Notes: a model not told the origin generated them from the sequence alone. DNA of 64,000 nt from Blastocatellia bacterium (GCA_046565505.1 JBKHYJ010000042.1:67770-131769); one strand, 5' to 3'; numbered from the stretch's first letter, positions 8,711 to 19,090 are shown. A program made the numbers and translations.

Positions 8711-10525
8711 ATGAGGAAGTTGAGTTGCCTGGTCGCCGCCCTGCTCTTCGCCGGCGCAACGCAGGCGGCTACTGTCCGGGCGCACAAGACGCATGCCGCC
8801 GCGCCCGTTACGGAGATTGTTTTGAGCAGTGAGCCCGGCGATTACGTCGGGCAAGGAAAGAGTTACTCGTACGCGGAGGGCGATGGCAAGTACGAGGTCT
8901 TTCTCAGAGATTTATCGCATGACGGCGTGATAGATGACGTTATATTCAGTTTCAACTCCGCCGATTCTTGGTATCTTGAGTTTGAAACTTCTAAAGCCGG
9001 CACGCCGCTTGAGCAGGGGTTTTATGATAACGCGCAACGCGCGTCATTCGCGGAGCCTAACCACCCTGGCTTTTCTGTCAGCGGGGTCGGGCGCGGGTGC
9101 AACGAGCTGACGGGCAGCTTCACTATCCTCGACATCGAGATCGATTCTTCGGGCGCGGAGCCGCGCATGGTCAGCTTTGCAGCCCTGTTTGAACAGCACT
9201 GCGAAGGCACGAAGCCATCGCTCACGGGTCACATCTACTACAACTACTCAGCGCCGGCCGGCCTTGCGATCGTGAACCCTTCTGCCCTGCCGGAGGCAAC
9301 GGTCGGCCGGCCATACTCGCGCGCGTTCGTGGCCGCAGGTGGCATGGGGCCCTACGCGTACCGCAAGGCGGCCGGCGTAATTCCCCCAGGGCTCGCGCTG
9401 AGCCCGGGCGGTACGCTGAGCGGCACTCCGACGGCAAGCGGCAGCTATAACTTTACCGCCCAGGTGACGGACGCGCGGGGCCGCATGGCGCAGAATTCGT
9501 TCTCGGTCATGGTAATCATTCCGCTCTCCGTAACCGCGCCGCCGGAGCTTCCCGCCGCGACTCTGGGGCTGCCCTATTCGTACACGCTTACCGCGCAGGG
9601 CGGGTCTCCGCCTTACAAATGGGAAGGCTTTTCCCCCGCCCAGCTTCCCGACGGCCTGACGCTGAATCCGGGCGGCACGATCAGCGGCGTGCCCGTCACG
9701 ACCAGCACATTCACTATCACTTTCCGCATAAAGGATGCTCAATCGCGCGAGGCTGAAGAGACGCGCGTACTGAAGGTGCAAACGGTTTCGGGCGAAGTGG
9801 GCTTGACGCAGCTCACTATGAGCAGCGAGGGGGATTACGTGGGCAGCGGGCTCAACTACTTTTTCAATCGCAAGCGCGGCCTCTGGTTTGCCGCCGCCCG
9901 GGACTTCACGCAAGATGGGTCAGCGGATTACATCAGCCTCCGCTATGTTGACCCTGAGCTGGGAGGCGTATTTTGGTCTCTGGACTTTTCAACGGCCGGG
10001 CTCGGCACAAACCTCGCGGCGGGCGTCTACGAGAATGCGCGGAGGGCGCCGTTCGCCGCCCCGGGCCATGCGGGACTGGACGTGTCCGGGCAGGGGCGCG
10101 GGTGCAACGTGTTGACCGGGCGGTTCATGGTCCTCGACGCGAAGTTCGATTATTCGGGCGACCAACCGAAGGTCATTAGCTTTGCGGCAAAGTTCGAGCA
10201 AAACTGCGAAGGCGGCGGGCCCCCGCTTTTTGGGAGTATTTATTACAACTCGCTCGCGAGACCCAATGGCTCGGCGCCAAAAATAACTAAAGTCTCTTAC
10301 GACGCCCGGGGCGAATTGCTCACGGTAAAAGGGAAGAAGTTTGACCCCACGGCCTCTGTAATCATAAACGGGGAGATGCTGAGAGCTGCGCATTTCGATA
10401 GTAGGAATAAGATTTCAAGCAAGGCTATAAAGGTGGGGTCGGTCGTCTTGCGGCCGGGCACCTACATGATTCAAGTCGCCAACCTTGAGGGCGCAATCTC
10501 GGCCCCATTCGCATTTTCGTTTTGA
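8711..10525 (+). CDS. secreted multi-domain protein: signal peptide, duplicated Cys-containing ~150-aa domain, two He_PIG/putative-Ig repeats, C-terminal IPT/TIG
   Basis: ATG at 8711 with GGAGGG upstream. Signal peptide MRKLSCLVAALLFAGATQA. Two internal repeats sharing GDYVG...G.GRGCN.LTG.F.VLD...SG..P...SFAA.FEQ.CEG. Between them, two repeats of the 'putative Ig' (He_PIG) type (PYS..L.A.GG..PY......LP.GL.L...G..SG.P). C-terminal IPT/TIG-like segment. Confidence 0.75.
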   Translation: MRKLSCLVAALLFAGATQAATVRAHKTHAAAPVTEIVLSSEPGDYVGQGKSYSYAEGDGKYEVFLRDLSHDGVIDDVIFSFNSADSWYLEFETSKAGTPLEQGFYDNAQRASFAEPNHPGFSVSGVGRGCNELTGSFTILDIEIDSSGAEPRMVSFAALFEQHCEGTKPSLTGHIYYNYSAPAGLAIVNPSALPEATVGRPYSRAFVAAGGMGPYAYRKAAGVIPPGLALSPGGTLSGTPTASGSYNFTAQVTDARGRMAQNSFSVMVIIPLSVTAPPELPAATLGLPYSYTLTAQGGSPPYKWEGFSPAQLPDGLTLNPGGTISGVPVTTSTFTITFRIKDAQSREAEETRVLKVQTVSGEVGLTQLTMSSEGDYVGSGLNYFFNRKRGLWFAAARDFTQDGSADYISLRYVDPELGGVFWSLDFSTAGLGTNLAAGVYENARRAPFAAPGHAGLDVSGQGRGCNVLTGRFMVLDAKFDYSGDQPKVISFAAKFEQNCEGGGPPLFGSIYYNSLARPNGSAPKITKVSYDARGELLTVKGKKFDPTASVIINGEMLRAAHFDSRNKISSKAIKVGSVVLRPGTYMIQVANLEGAISAPFAFSF

Positions 10526-10578
10526 AGCCGTGCGACGGCGGCGAAATCTTAGCCGGCAGGCGCGCGAGCAAGCCGCGT

Positions 10579-11415
10579 TCAATCGGTCGCGGCGTAGTGG
10601 TGAAGGAATGAATAGAACTCTTCTCTCGCGTCAACCATGAGCCAGTGAGAGGCGCCCGGGAATGACTTGCTCTCCAGGCCCATGCGATCCAAGAAGCGGG
10701 CGGTTTCTGGCGAAAGGCTCTCCGTGCCGTAACAGAAGACCTTCGGAATTCTAAGAGAGCAATACGTCCCGCCGATCTCGCTTTGGTATTCCCCTTCGAC
10801 AGATGTGTTCCTGTCATACAGCTCCCTAGCATTAGCCAGAAACGCGTCCTGACGCGCGAAGTGCAGGGACGCATAATACCTCCGGCAAGACTCGTAGCGG
10901 CTGCCCAGCTCGGCGTATACCTTTCGTTCCATGAAGTCGGACTCGAACCACTGCTTGAACTCGCCGCGGCCGGCCGCTTCCACCGCCCGGCCGGAAATAA
11001 AAAGGTCGAATTGCGTTACGTCGCCCTCAACGTTTACGAACTTGCTCACCTTGCCGCGGCGGTCGGAATTACAGAACAGGGTTGCGATGTCTCCGCCCAG
11101 CGAGTGGCCCACGACGATCAGCCTTTCGATTCCTATTCGCTCGCGCGATTCGAGTTTCTCAATCAGACTCCACAGCCTTTCAGTGTGCGCGGCGAAACTA
11201 TAATCCGTCGAAGCGGAGCTTCTGCCATAGCCCGCGAGGTCCGGGACCAGGATATTAAACCGCCCGAGTCTTTTATCCTCGAATGCCTCCTGGAAGGTAT
11301 TTCCCGAATCGCCCAGACCGTGTACGAACAACAGCGTCGGCCTGCCAGCGAGCAGCGGGCTATGTCTTAGAAATAAGTGGTCGTCAAGAATCTTGATGAA
11401 CGATTCGCGCATCAT
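10579..11415 (-). CDS. alpha/beta-hydrolase fold protein (cluster-flanking; possible esterase or editing thioesterase)
   Basis: Oxyanion-region HGLGDSG and nucleophile elbow GHSLGG. 278 aa. Confidence 0.75.
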   Translation of the reverse strand: MMRESFIKILDDHLFLRHSPLLAGRPTLLFVHGLGDSGNTFQEAFEDKRLGRFNILVPDLAGYGRSSASTDYSFAAHTERLWSLIEKLESRERIGIERLIVVGHSLGGDIATLFCNSDRRGKVSKFVNVEGDVTQFDLFISGRAVEAAGRGEFKQWFESDFMERKVYAELGSRYESCRRYYASLHFARQDAFLANARELYDRNTSVEGEYQSEIGGTYCSLRIPKVFCYGTESLSPETARFLDRMGLESKSFPGASHWLMVDAREEFYSFLHHYAATD

Positions 11416-11560
11416 TATATTTTACCGTAGGCGTCGCCGTCGGATCGAACGCATGCGCCGAGTGGGTGTCGGTCCCATGAAATAACGTCGCGCGGTGGGC
11501 CGGCGGCGTGCGAGATTTTATTGTTCGCCCGGGCGGCGCCCCGCCGGAGGTATATCAAAC

Positions 11561-12595
11561 ATGTTAATTAGTCATGAAGGCGATGAAGGCGTTGACACAC
11601 CTTCGCGAGCGGGGGTCAGGATCGGCAACCTCGGGGCGGGCGGGGCCATTCCGCTGGCGTTAGAGCCGGAAACCGACGACGCCGACCTGGTGTCCTGGGC
11701 GAGGAGTAATGCACAGTTCATAGAATCGCTTCTGCTACGGCATGGCGCCCTGCTTTTCCGCAATTTCAATATTGACTCACTGTCCGTTTTCAAAGAATTC
11801 GCGGAGTCCACGTCGGCGGCGCTGATGCCATACAGCGAGCCCTCGACGCCGCGCACGGAATTGACCGCCGATGTCTACACGACGACAGAATACCCCGCGA
11901 CGGAGAATATTTCGCTCCACAACGAGATGTCATACTCCCACGTCTGGCCGATGAAGATATGGTTTCATTGTATCAAGCCCGCCGACGCGGGCGGGGAGAC
12001 CTCCATCGGCGACAGCCGGAAAGTCTTTCAACTGCTCAGCCCCGGCATAAGGGAGGCGTTCGCACGCAGAAACGTCATGTACGTACGCAACTATGGCTAT
12101 GGGATGGGGCTCCCGTGGCAGACCGTCTTCCGCACGGCGAGCAAAGAGGTGGTCGAAAGGCATTGTAGCGAGAATGGCATCCGGTGCGAGTGGACCGGCG
12201 GCGGCCGTCTGAGAACGTACCAGGTCCGTCAGGCCGTCGCGAAGCACCCGAAGACCGGAGAGGATGTCTGGTTCAACCAGGCGCACATCCACAACATCAA
12301 GAATTTCTCCCCCTCACTGCGCGAGGCGTTGCTCTCCCTCGTCGAGTCCAAGGATTACCCACTCGACATTAACTGTGTCTACGGGGACGGGGGGGACATA
12401 GAGGCCCCCGTGCTCGAAGAGATTCGCAATGCCTACGAGCGAGTCACTACGACCTTCCCGTGGCAGAGGGGTGACATATTGATGCTCGACAACATGCTCG
12501 TGTCGCATGGGCGGACCGCGTTCTCCGGCCGCCGGAAGATAGCCGTGGCTTTGGGGGAACCCTTCGCCGCGGGCGGCCTTCAACATCAGCCCTGA
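11561..12595 (+). CDS. TauD/TfdA-family Fe(II)/2-oxoglutarate dioxygenase, SyrP-like (putative beta-hydroxylase of an NRPS-bound amino acid)
   Basis: ATG at 11561 with GGAGG upstream. Clavaminate-synthase-like family signature (HNE facial triad region, C-terminal H..R...G). These are frequently trans-acting amino-acid beta-hydroxylases in NRPS clusters. Confidence 0.7.
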   Translation: MLISHEGDEGVDTPSRAGVRIGNLGAGGAIPLALEPETDDADLVSWARSNAQFIESLLLRHGALLFRNFNIDSLSVFKEFAESTSAALMPYSEPSTPRTELTADVYTTTEYPATENISLHNEMSYSHVWPMKIWFHCIKPADAGGETSIGDSRKVFQLLSPGIREAFARRNVMYVRNYGYGMGLPWQTVFRTASKEVVERHCSENGIRCEWTGGGRLRTYQVRQAVAKHPKTGEDVWFNQAHIHNIKNFSPSLREALLSLVESKDYPLDINCVYGDGGDIEAPVLEEIRNAYERVTTTFPWQRGDILMLDNMLVSHGRTAFSGRRKIAVALGEPFAAGGLQHQP

Positions 12596-13740
12596 GCGTC
12601 GGCGTAGTGTAACATCGCCTCGAACGGCGTCATGTTGAAAGACGTTACAAGCCTGGTGATCTTAGACAGGAGGTGCCCTTCGACTTCCCGCACCGTAAGG
12701 TGAGCCAGCTCCTTGTCGAAGGACACGTGGGACCTGGATTTCCTCCAGAACCATTCGAGCCTCGAAGTCAGCGCGCCGCCGAGCGTCAGGACCTGGCCCG
12801 GCACGGAGTAGACGTTCCTGGCCGCGATGCCTTTCATGACGCTGAGGCCCTTGCTCCCCAGGGGCACCGACAGGTTATGCGCCAGGACCAGGACGCTCCC
12901 GGGCGGGATCGCCTTCCAGTTTGAATTCTCTAGCTCCTCCCCGTATGTCGTCGCGATGATCATGCCGCCCCGCTTCAAGCATTCTTCTGTCAGAGCGCCC
13001 ATCTTTGAAGTCAGCTTCTGGACGCCGGGCGGGGGCGCCGAAGTCCCGTCGTCGTACACCAGGTCGCACACGGCGAGGTCCGCGAACCCTCTCGCCGACA
13101 GGTATTTCAATACGTCGCTGCCCAGTGCGCCCGCCGAGCCTATGAGCGTTACAGGCTTGTCCTGGTAGTCGGAAATGCCGAGCATCTCCAGGGCGGTTAT
13201 GATGCCCGTGGCCGCGTAGGAAGATTTCCCGCCGCACCCGCCGGCCTCGCAGCGTATGCCCAGCACGTGAGTCGTGAACCTGGCGAGGATGTCGGCCATG
13301 CCCGCGTACCGGCCGAAATCGGGCGTCAGCTTAACCATGCCGCCATGTTCGTTGAGCAGCCCCCCGAGCCTTTCAAAGATGCCGGAGATGGTCGCGTCGA
13401 AATCGGGGTTGGCCGGGTTCTGGAGGGTCGCGTATATCTTCTCGTCTCTCGGCCTGAGTATACACCGGGCGCCGCCGACCTTGCTCCCCAGGAAGCCCTC
13501 GGGCATCCTGCCGTTATAGGCGGCGAACGTCTCTTGCGTAAGAACTTTATTGATGAGCCTGTTTTTGAACTCGCTCTCTTCGCTCATCAGCCTTGAGACG
13601 ATGCGGACGACGTCCGGCTCGGCCGTGGCCGGCGGGACCATCCGCGTCCCCCCATAGTAATAGTCGAAGCCTTCCTTCTCATCAAAAGCGATCCAGGCGT
13701 CGGCATTAGGGTGCGACACGTTCAGAATCTTAATGCTCAT
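12586..13740 (-). CDS. Glu/Leu/Phe/Val-dehydrogenase-family amino-acid dehydrogenase
   Basis: N-terminal GGTRM and GSKVGG motifs, then a Rossmann region (VTLIGSAGALGSDV...LAVCD). The 3' end overlaps the convergent TauD gene by 10 bp. Confidence 0.6.
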   Translation of the reverse strand: MSIKILNVSHPNADAWIAFDEKEGFDYYYGGTRMVPPATAEPDVVRIVSRLMSEESEFKNRLINKVLTQETFAAYNGRMPEGFLGSKVGGARCILRPRDEKIYATLQNPANPDFDATISGIFERLGGLLNEHGGMVKLTPDFGRYAGMADILARFTTHVLGIRCEAGGCGGKSSYAATGIITALEMLGISDYQDKPVTLIGSAGALGSDVLKYLSARGFADLAVCDLVYDDGTSAPPPGVQKLTSKMGALTEECLKRGGMIIATTYGEELENSNWKAIPPGSVLVLAHNLSVPLGSKGLSVMKGIAARNVYSVPGQVLTLGGALTSRLEWFWRKSRSHVSFDKELAHLTVREVEGHLLSKITRLVTSFNMTPFEAMLHYADAQG

Positions 13741-13957
13741 AAGTTATCTCCTTTGAGTTAACGGACCGTATAGAATCATTTCGCACAGCGGTCCCCGGCC
13801 GCGTGAGGCCCGGCCCGGCGGGCCGCCTGCTCAATTTGCGCAGTCGTTTTCGTGAAGAAAATATGACGAATCTTTCAGTCGATTTGAGGTCCGCCCGGCT
13901 CTCGACCCGGCAGGTCAATCGCCGCGCGGCGGGTGGGGCCTCGCCCCCGCGCGTGAA

Positions 13958-14806
13958 TTAGCCGGGCTTCTCGCCCGCCGCCATTAACAGTATCCTCATA
14001 TAGAAAGGGTCATCCGACGCCATGAACTTCTCTATGGCGGCGCGGTAATCCTCCGCTTCGTCCCGGGACAGCACGCCCGCCTCGACCAGCGGCATAATGC
14101 GGTCGGGGCTGATCTGCGGGTAAAACCATTCCATGCCCATCTCGCCGCTGTGCGCGGCGACGGCCTCAAGGTCTAATTTCTTGAACCCCGCCGAATCGAG
14201 CACGCGCCATAGGCGCCGCCCGGCCAGCGCGGACCTCCCCCGCGATGATTGATACCGCAGAAGCTTTTCCATGAGGGGCCGGGACTCGGCCAGGTGCGGG
14301 TCCGTGATGTGATTAAGAGAAAAATCGGTCTCGGAGATCACCAGTTTTCCGCCGGGCTTGAGCACGCGCAGAATCTCCCTGGCCGCGCCGCGCATGTCCT
14401 CCAGGTGGACGAAGATTAAACGCGCGAAAGCGAAATCGAAAGTGTCATCCGGGATGCCCATGCCCATCACGGACCCATTCAGAATGCGATACGGGCACCG
14501 CGCCTTGCCTTCCAGATACCGCTCCGCGTGCCGGATCAAAACGGGGTCTATCTCGACGCCGGTGATGGAGCCATTGGGGACCATTTCGGAAAGCCATTCC
14601 GTCACGAACCCGGGGCCGCTCGCGACTTCCAGGACGGACATCCCATCCGTCAACCCGAACCGGCTCAGGACGCGCTTCTCTTTCGCCTTGCTGCCATTGG
14701 CCTGGTTGTATAGACGGCGTAGCTCGTCTTCCAGGGAAACGTTTGCGGTTGTCGCGTCGTACAGCCTTGCCTTTTCCATGCGCGTCCTTTCGGCGAGCGG
14801 GGCCAA
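13958..14806 (-). CDS. class I SAM-dependent methyltransferase (paralogue 1)
   Basis: Motif I LEVASGPGFVTEWL, post-I acidic residue, motif II/III. Clear paralogue of the 24082-24900 gene. Confidence 0.85.
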   Translation of the reverse strand: MAPLAERTRMEKARLYDATTANVSLEDELRRLYNQANGSKAKEKRVLSRFGLTDGMSVLEVASGPGFVTEWLSEMVPNGSITGVEIDPVLIRHAERYLEGKARCPYRILNGSVMGMGIPDDTFDFAFARLIFVHLEDMRGAAREILRVLKPGGKLVISETDFSLNHITDPHLAESRPLMEKLLRYQSSRGRSALAGRRLWRVLDSAGFKKLDLEAVAAHSGEMGMEWFYPQISPDRIMPLVEAGVLSRDEAEDYRAAIEKFMASDDPFYMRILLMAAGEKPG

Positions 14807-14827
14807 TCGCCCGCCGCACCGCCGCGG

Positions 14828-17800
14828 TCAGATCAGATCATGCAGCTCCGGCCCCGGCAGGTCGTTTGCGTTCTTGATGACGCCGAGTTGTATTTGAAGG
14901 CGCTCGGCAAGCGCGCTGCAATGCGGCGGCCGGAGTATCGTAAAGTGATTGCCGCCGATTGTCTCCTCATGGACCGTACCCCTGGTGTATTTGCCCCAGT
15001 CCGTGCGAGGCAGACCGGCCCGCGCCTTCTCGCCGGCCCACCACACATGCAGGCTCGTTTGAATCACCGGCGCGTTGTGCGCCCGCAGCAACCTGTCATG
15101 TATTTCGGCCAGGGCGACCTGTTGGCGGATGACTTCCGCTGACAGGTCGGCGGGGAGCAAGTTGCGCCGCTGCCCCCAGCCGATGACCCTCTCTATTCGC
15201 TCTTCGGGCGACAGCGGCAGGAGTTCATCGCGAAAGGCTTGCTGAGCCCGCGCGTCGAGGGCGTTGAAGGCGTCCGTGAGCGCGCCGCCGAACGTGAGGC
15301 TGATCCCGAGCAACGGGTCGCTATCAAAAGTGAAAGGGTCGTCCTCGAACAGGTAAGAGTCTACGAGCCCGACGAAGGCCACGTCCTCGTTCTGTCGTTC
15401 CAGCTCGCGGGCGACGCTGACGGCGATCACCCCGCCCATCGACCAGCCGAGCAGATAATATGGGCCGTGGGGCTGCTGCTCTCGGATGACGCCGGCGTAA
15501 TCTGCGGCCATCTGCTCAAGGCTCTCGTGCTCACGCTCAAGGCCCGACAGCCCGCGCGACTGTAACCCGAAGACTGCCTGCCCGGGGTCATGCGAATCCG
15601 CCAGATGCTGGTACAACATCACCTGCCCGCCCGCGCCATGTATGCAGAATAATGGCGGCCACGTCCCGCCGGACCGGATGGGCACGAGGACCGAAAAGGC
15701 CGCCCCGGCGTCTTTCCCCGCTATGAGCGCCGCAAGCTCGGCCACCGTCGGGGCGCGAAACAGCGACGTTAGAAGCAGCTCCGCGCCGAGCCTCTGCCGA
15801 ACTTTCAACAGTAGCTGGATCGCTAGAAGCGAATGGCCCCCGAGCTTGAAGAAGTTGTCGTGTATGCCCACCCGGTCCAGGCCGAGCGTGTCCGCCCAGA
15901 TTCCCGCAAGCTCTTCTTCGACCGCGTCGCGAGGTGCGGCGTAGGATTGTCTCAGCTCCGGCCTGCTCTGGTCCGGCGGCGGGAGGGCGCGTTTATCGAC
16001 TTTCTTGTTCGGCGTGAGGGGCATCGCGTCGAGCGTCACGAACGCCGAAGGGATCATGTAATCGGGCAGCATCTCTTCGAGGTGATCGCGCAGCTCACTA
16101 ACGTCGATGGGCCGCTCGCCCGGCACCACGTAAGCGACCAGCCGCTTGTCGCCGGGCGAGTCTTCCCGCGCGATTGCTACCGCCTCGCGGACGGAGGGGT
16201 GCCGGCTCAGCGCGGACTCGATCTCCCCGAGCTCAATCCTGAACCCGCGTATTTTCACCTGGTGGTCTACGCGGCCGATGAACTCTATATTCCCATCCGG
16301 CATGTGACGCGTAAGGTCGCCGGTCTTATACATGCGGGCGCCTTGTTCGGGGCTGAACGGGTCCGGGATATACTTTTCGGCCGTCGCGTCGGGGCGCCCC
16401 AGGTACCCCCTGGCGGGGCTCGCGCCGCCGATGTATAACTCGCCGGTCACGCCCACGGGAACGACGTTGAGGCGTCTGTCCAGAATGTAAAGCCGTATGT
16501 TCGCGATCTGCCGCCCGATGGTGGGCCTTGCGGGCGGTATCCGTATCAGGAAGTATGTCGTATCGTCAGTGCATTCGGTCGGGCCATAGAGGTTGTAAAA
16601 ATCCGTCCAGTCGTTGCGGGCCAGGTGGTTCCAGGAAGCTTCGTCCAGGGCCTCGCCGGCGACGAAGACCACCTCCGGGGAAGTCTCCGCGGTCCCGGAT
16701 AGACCCGCCGCGAGCAACAGCTTCATCATTGAGGGCGTGACATCCAAAACGTCCAGCCCATGACGGGCTATGAAAGAAATTATCTCATCCGAATCGAGCC
16801 TCACCTCCTCGGGCAGTATGTACAGCGCGTGCCCGTAGGCCAGTTGCATCAACTGCTTTACGGAGGCGTCGAACGCGAGCGGCGCGTTCATGCTGACTTT
16901 CAGAGGGGCGCGCCTCCCCGCGTATATAGCTTCATGGAAGGCCGCCGCCAGGTTTACGAGCGAGCGGTGCTGCACCATGACCCCTTTGGGCCTGCCCGTA
17001 GACCCGGAGGTGTAGATCACATAAACGAGGTTCTCGGCCGAGGCCGCGTTGGCGGGGTTGTGCGAGCTTTGCCGCGAGATTTCTTGCCGGTCGGCGTCGA
17101 GGCAGATGGCCTTCGTCCTCTCTAATGGCAAGTCCGCCAGCAGCTTTTGCTGCGTCAGAATCGCCAGCGCGCGCGAATCTTCTATCATCAACGACAAGCG
17201 CTCCTTCGGGTAATCAGGGTCGAACGGCACGTACGCCCCTCCCGCCTTCAGGATGCCTAGAAGCGTCACCATCATGTCCACGGAGCGCTCCATGTAGATC
17301 CCGACGAGCGTCTCCGGCCCCACCCCGCGCGCCCTGAGGTAATGGGCCAACTGGTTAGCCCTGTCATTCAACTCGCGGTAGGTCAACCGCTGTCGCCGGA
17401 AGACGACCGCCGCCGCGTCAGGGGTCCGCTCGACCTGGTCCTCAAACAATTGATGGAAGCATACGTCGCGCGCGACCGGCAGCTCTATGCTGTTCCACTC
17501 CACCAGTATCTGGCGGCGTTCGGCTTCCCCGAGCAGCGGCAGGGCTGAAATACGCCGGGCGGGGTCCGCCGCCAAGCCCTCCAGCAGCGTTCGCAAGTGG
17601 CCCGCCATTCGGTCGATGGTGGCTTCGTCTAATATGTCGGCGTTATACAAGAAGAGCAGGCTCAGGCCGCCATCGGGGGACTCTTCTTTCGCCGTCTCCC
17701 AAACAGAGAGGCTCAGGTCGAACCGCGTAATCTCCCAATCTAGGTCGAGCACGTCAAGGGTGAGGTCGCCCATCCTGAGCGTAGGCAGCGGGATGTTCTG

Positions 17801-18991
17801 CACGCTGAGCGTCACCTGGAAGAGCGGGTTTCTGCCCGGGTCGCGGCCGGGCTGAAGCTCCTGTACCAACTTTTCAAATGGTAGGTCCTGGTGCGCGAAT
17901 CCGTCCAGTGACACCTTGCGAACCCGCCCGAGCAGCTCGCGGAAGCTCGGGTCGCCCGACAGGTCGCATCGCATCGCCAGAATATTCGCGAAGAACCCTA
18001 TCACCGTTTCCAGCTCCGGTCTGTTCCGGTTCGCGACAGGGACTCCCGTAATGATGTCCTCCTGGTCCGAGTAGCGACACAGCACGACATTGAAGGCGGC
18101 CAGCATTAGCATGAAGAGGGTCGCATTCTCTTGCCGCTGCAAATCGTTGAGCGCGTCGGCGAGCGGCCGCCCCAGCCTGAACAACCGGCGCTTGCCGCCG
18201 TAGGGCCGGGCGGACGTGCGGGGCCGGTCTGTCGGCAGCTCCAGCACGGGCAGCGCCCCGCCCAGCTGGTTGTTCCAATAGTCGAGATGCGCCGCCAGCA
18301 CCTCGCCTTGCAGCCATTCGCGCTGCCACACCGCGTAGTCTTTATATTGAATAGCGGGCTCCGGCAGCGTAGGGATCCGGCCAGCCGAGTACGCTTCGTA
18401 GTGGCTTATCAACTCTTCCACGATCAGTTTCAGGGACCACCTGTCGGAAATTATGTGGTGTTTCGTGAGCAAGAAAATGTAATCCTCTTCGCCCAGCCTA
18501 AGCAGCAGGGGTCGGAAAAGGGGGAGCCTCCCGAGGTCGAACGGCTTCCTCCCCTCCTCGACCGTCAGGCTTTGCGCCCTGGCCTCGCGCTCGGCTTCGG
18601 GTACGCCGCGCAGGTCGAACATGGGGATGGTCACGGTCAGGGAAGGGGCTATCACCTGGACGGGATTATCGCCCTCCATCGCGAAGGTGGTGCGCCAGCT
18701 CTCGTGTCTTTTCACAATCTCGTTCAGGCTGCGCTTAAGGGCTTCAACGTCGAGCCGCCCTTTAATGCGCGCCGCCGCGGGCGCTATATATTTCGAGCTG
18801 CCCGGCTCAAGCCTGTCGTGAATCCAGAGGCTCTGCTGCGAGAACGAAAGCGGGAACGGGCCGGGGCCTGTCTCCCTGCGGATGATCGCCCGCCCTTCGG
18901 GTTGGGCCGCCTTTTTTTCTTTGAGTCTTTTGAGAAAGAGATCGCGCTTATCCGGGGGAAGCGCCATTATCTGGGAAAGAACGTCGCTCAT
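14828..18991 (-). CDS. non-ribosomal peptide synthetase, terminating module (C-A-T-TE)
   Basis: C domain with HHIISDRWS. A-domain core motifs (YTSGSTGRPKG, NLYGPTE, YKTGDL, GRVDHQVKIRGFRIELGEIE, NKKVDKRAL). PCP FFKLGGHSLLA. TE with GWSMGG. AAGAAGG RBS. Confidence 0.97.
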   Translation of the reverse strand: MSDVLSQIMALPPDKRDLFLKRLKEKKAAQPEGRAIIRRETGPGPFPLSFSQQSLWIHDRLEPGSSKYIAPAAARIKGRLDVEALKRSLNEIVKRHESWRTTFAMEGDNPVQVIAPSLTVTIPMFDLRGVPEAEREARAQSLTVEEGRKPFDLGRLPLFRPLLLRLGEEDYIFLLTKHHIISDRWSLKLIVEELISHYEAYSAGRIPTLPEPAIQYKDYAVWQREWLQGEVLAAHLDYWNNQLGGALPVLELPTDRPRTSARPYGGKRRLFRLGRPLADALNDLQRQENATLFMLMLAAFNVVLCRYSDQEDIITGVPVANRNRPELETVIGFFANILAMRCDLSGDPSFRELLGRVRKVSLDGFAHQDLPFEKLVQELQPGRDPGRNPLFQVTLSVQNIPLPTLRMGDLTLDVLDLDWEITRFDLSLSVWETAKEESPDGGLSLLFLYNADILDEATIDRMAGHLRTLLEGLAADPARRISALPLLGEAERRQILVEWNSIELPVARDVCFHQLFEDQVERTPDAAAVVFRRQRLTYRELNDRANQLAHYLRARGVGPETLVGIYMERSVDMMVTLLGILKAGGAYVPFDPDYPKERLSLMIEDSRALAILTQQKLLADLPLERTKAICLDADRQEISRQSSHNPANAASAENLVYVIYTSGSTGRPKGVMVQHRSLVNLAAAFHEAIYAGRRAPLKVSMNAPLAFDASVKQLMQLAYGHALYILPEEVRLDSDEIISFIARHGLDVLDVTPSMMKLLLAAGLSGTAETSPEVVFVAGEALDEASWNHLARNDWTDFYNLYGPTECTDDTTYFLIRIPPARPTIGRQIANIRLYILDRRLNVVPVGVTGELYIGGASPARGYLGRPDATAEKYIPDPFSPEQGARMYKTGDLTRHMPDGNIEFIGRVDHQVKIRGFRIELGEIESALSRHPSVREAVAIAREDSPGDKRLVAYVVPGERPIDVSELRDHLEEMLPDYMIPSAFVTLDAMPLTPNKKVDKRALPPPDQSRPELRQSYAAPRDAVEEELAGIWADTLGLDRVGIHDNFFKLGGHSLLAIQLLLKVRQRLGAELLLTSLFRAPTVAELAALIAGKDAGAAFSVLVPIRSGGTWPPLFCIHGAGGQVMLYQHLADSHDPGQAVFGLQSRGLSGLEREHESLEQMAADYAGVIREQQPHGPYYLLGWSMGGVIAVSVARELERQNEDVAFVGLVDSYLFEDDPFTFDSDPLLGISLTFGGALTDAFNALDARAQQAFRDELLPLSPEERIERVIGWGQRRNLLPADLSAEVIRQQVALAEIHDRLLRAHNAPVIQTSLHVWWAGEKARAGLPRTDWGKYTRGTVHEETIGGNHFTILRPPHCSALAERLQIQLGVIKNANDLPGPELHDLI
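14882..15694 (-). other. thioesterase (TE) release domain of terminal NRPS
   Basis: GWSMGG nucleophile elbow and C-terminal His region. Approximate boundaries from residue counting. Confidence 0.8.
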
Positions 18992-19090
18992 TGTTGCCTT
19001 CTTTCAGTAAAGAATCAGTATCGTTTGTGACTGTGTTTCCCGCCGCCCATCTTTCATAAACCTGACTGACCGCCGCCCGGAGTCTGAGCC

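Noticed and set aside
9248-9913. 221-aa minus-strand ORF inside the secreted-protein gene
   Set aside because: Antisense to a gene with a signal peptide, RBS and recognisable domains. Its translation is Arg/Ala-rich low-complexity.
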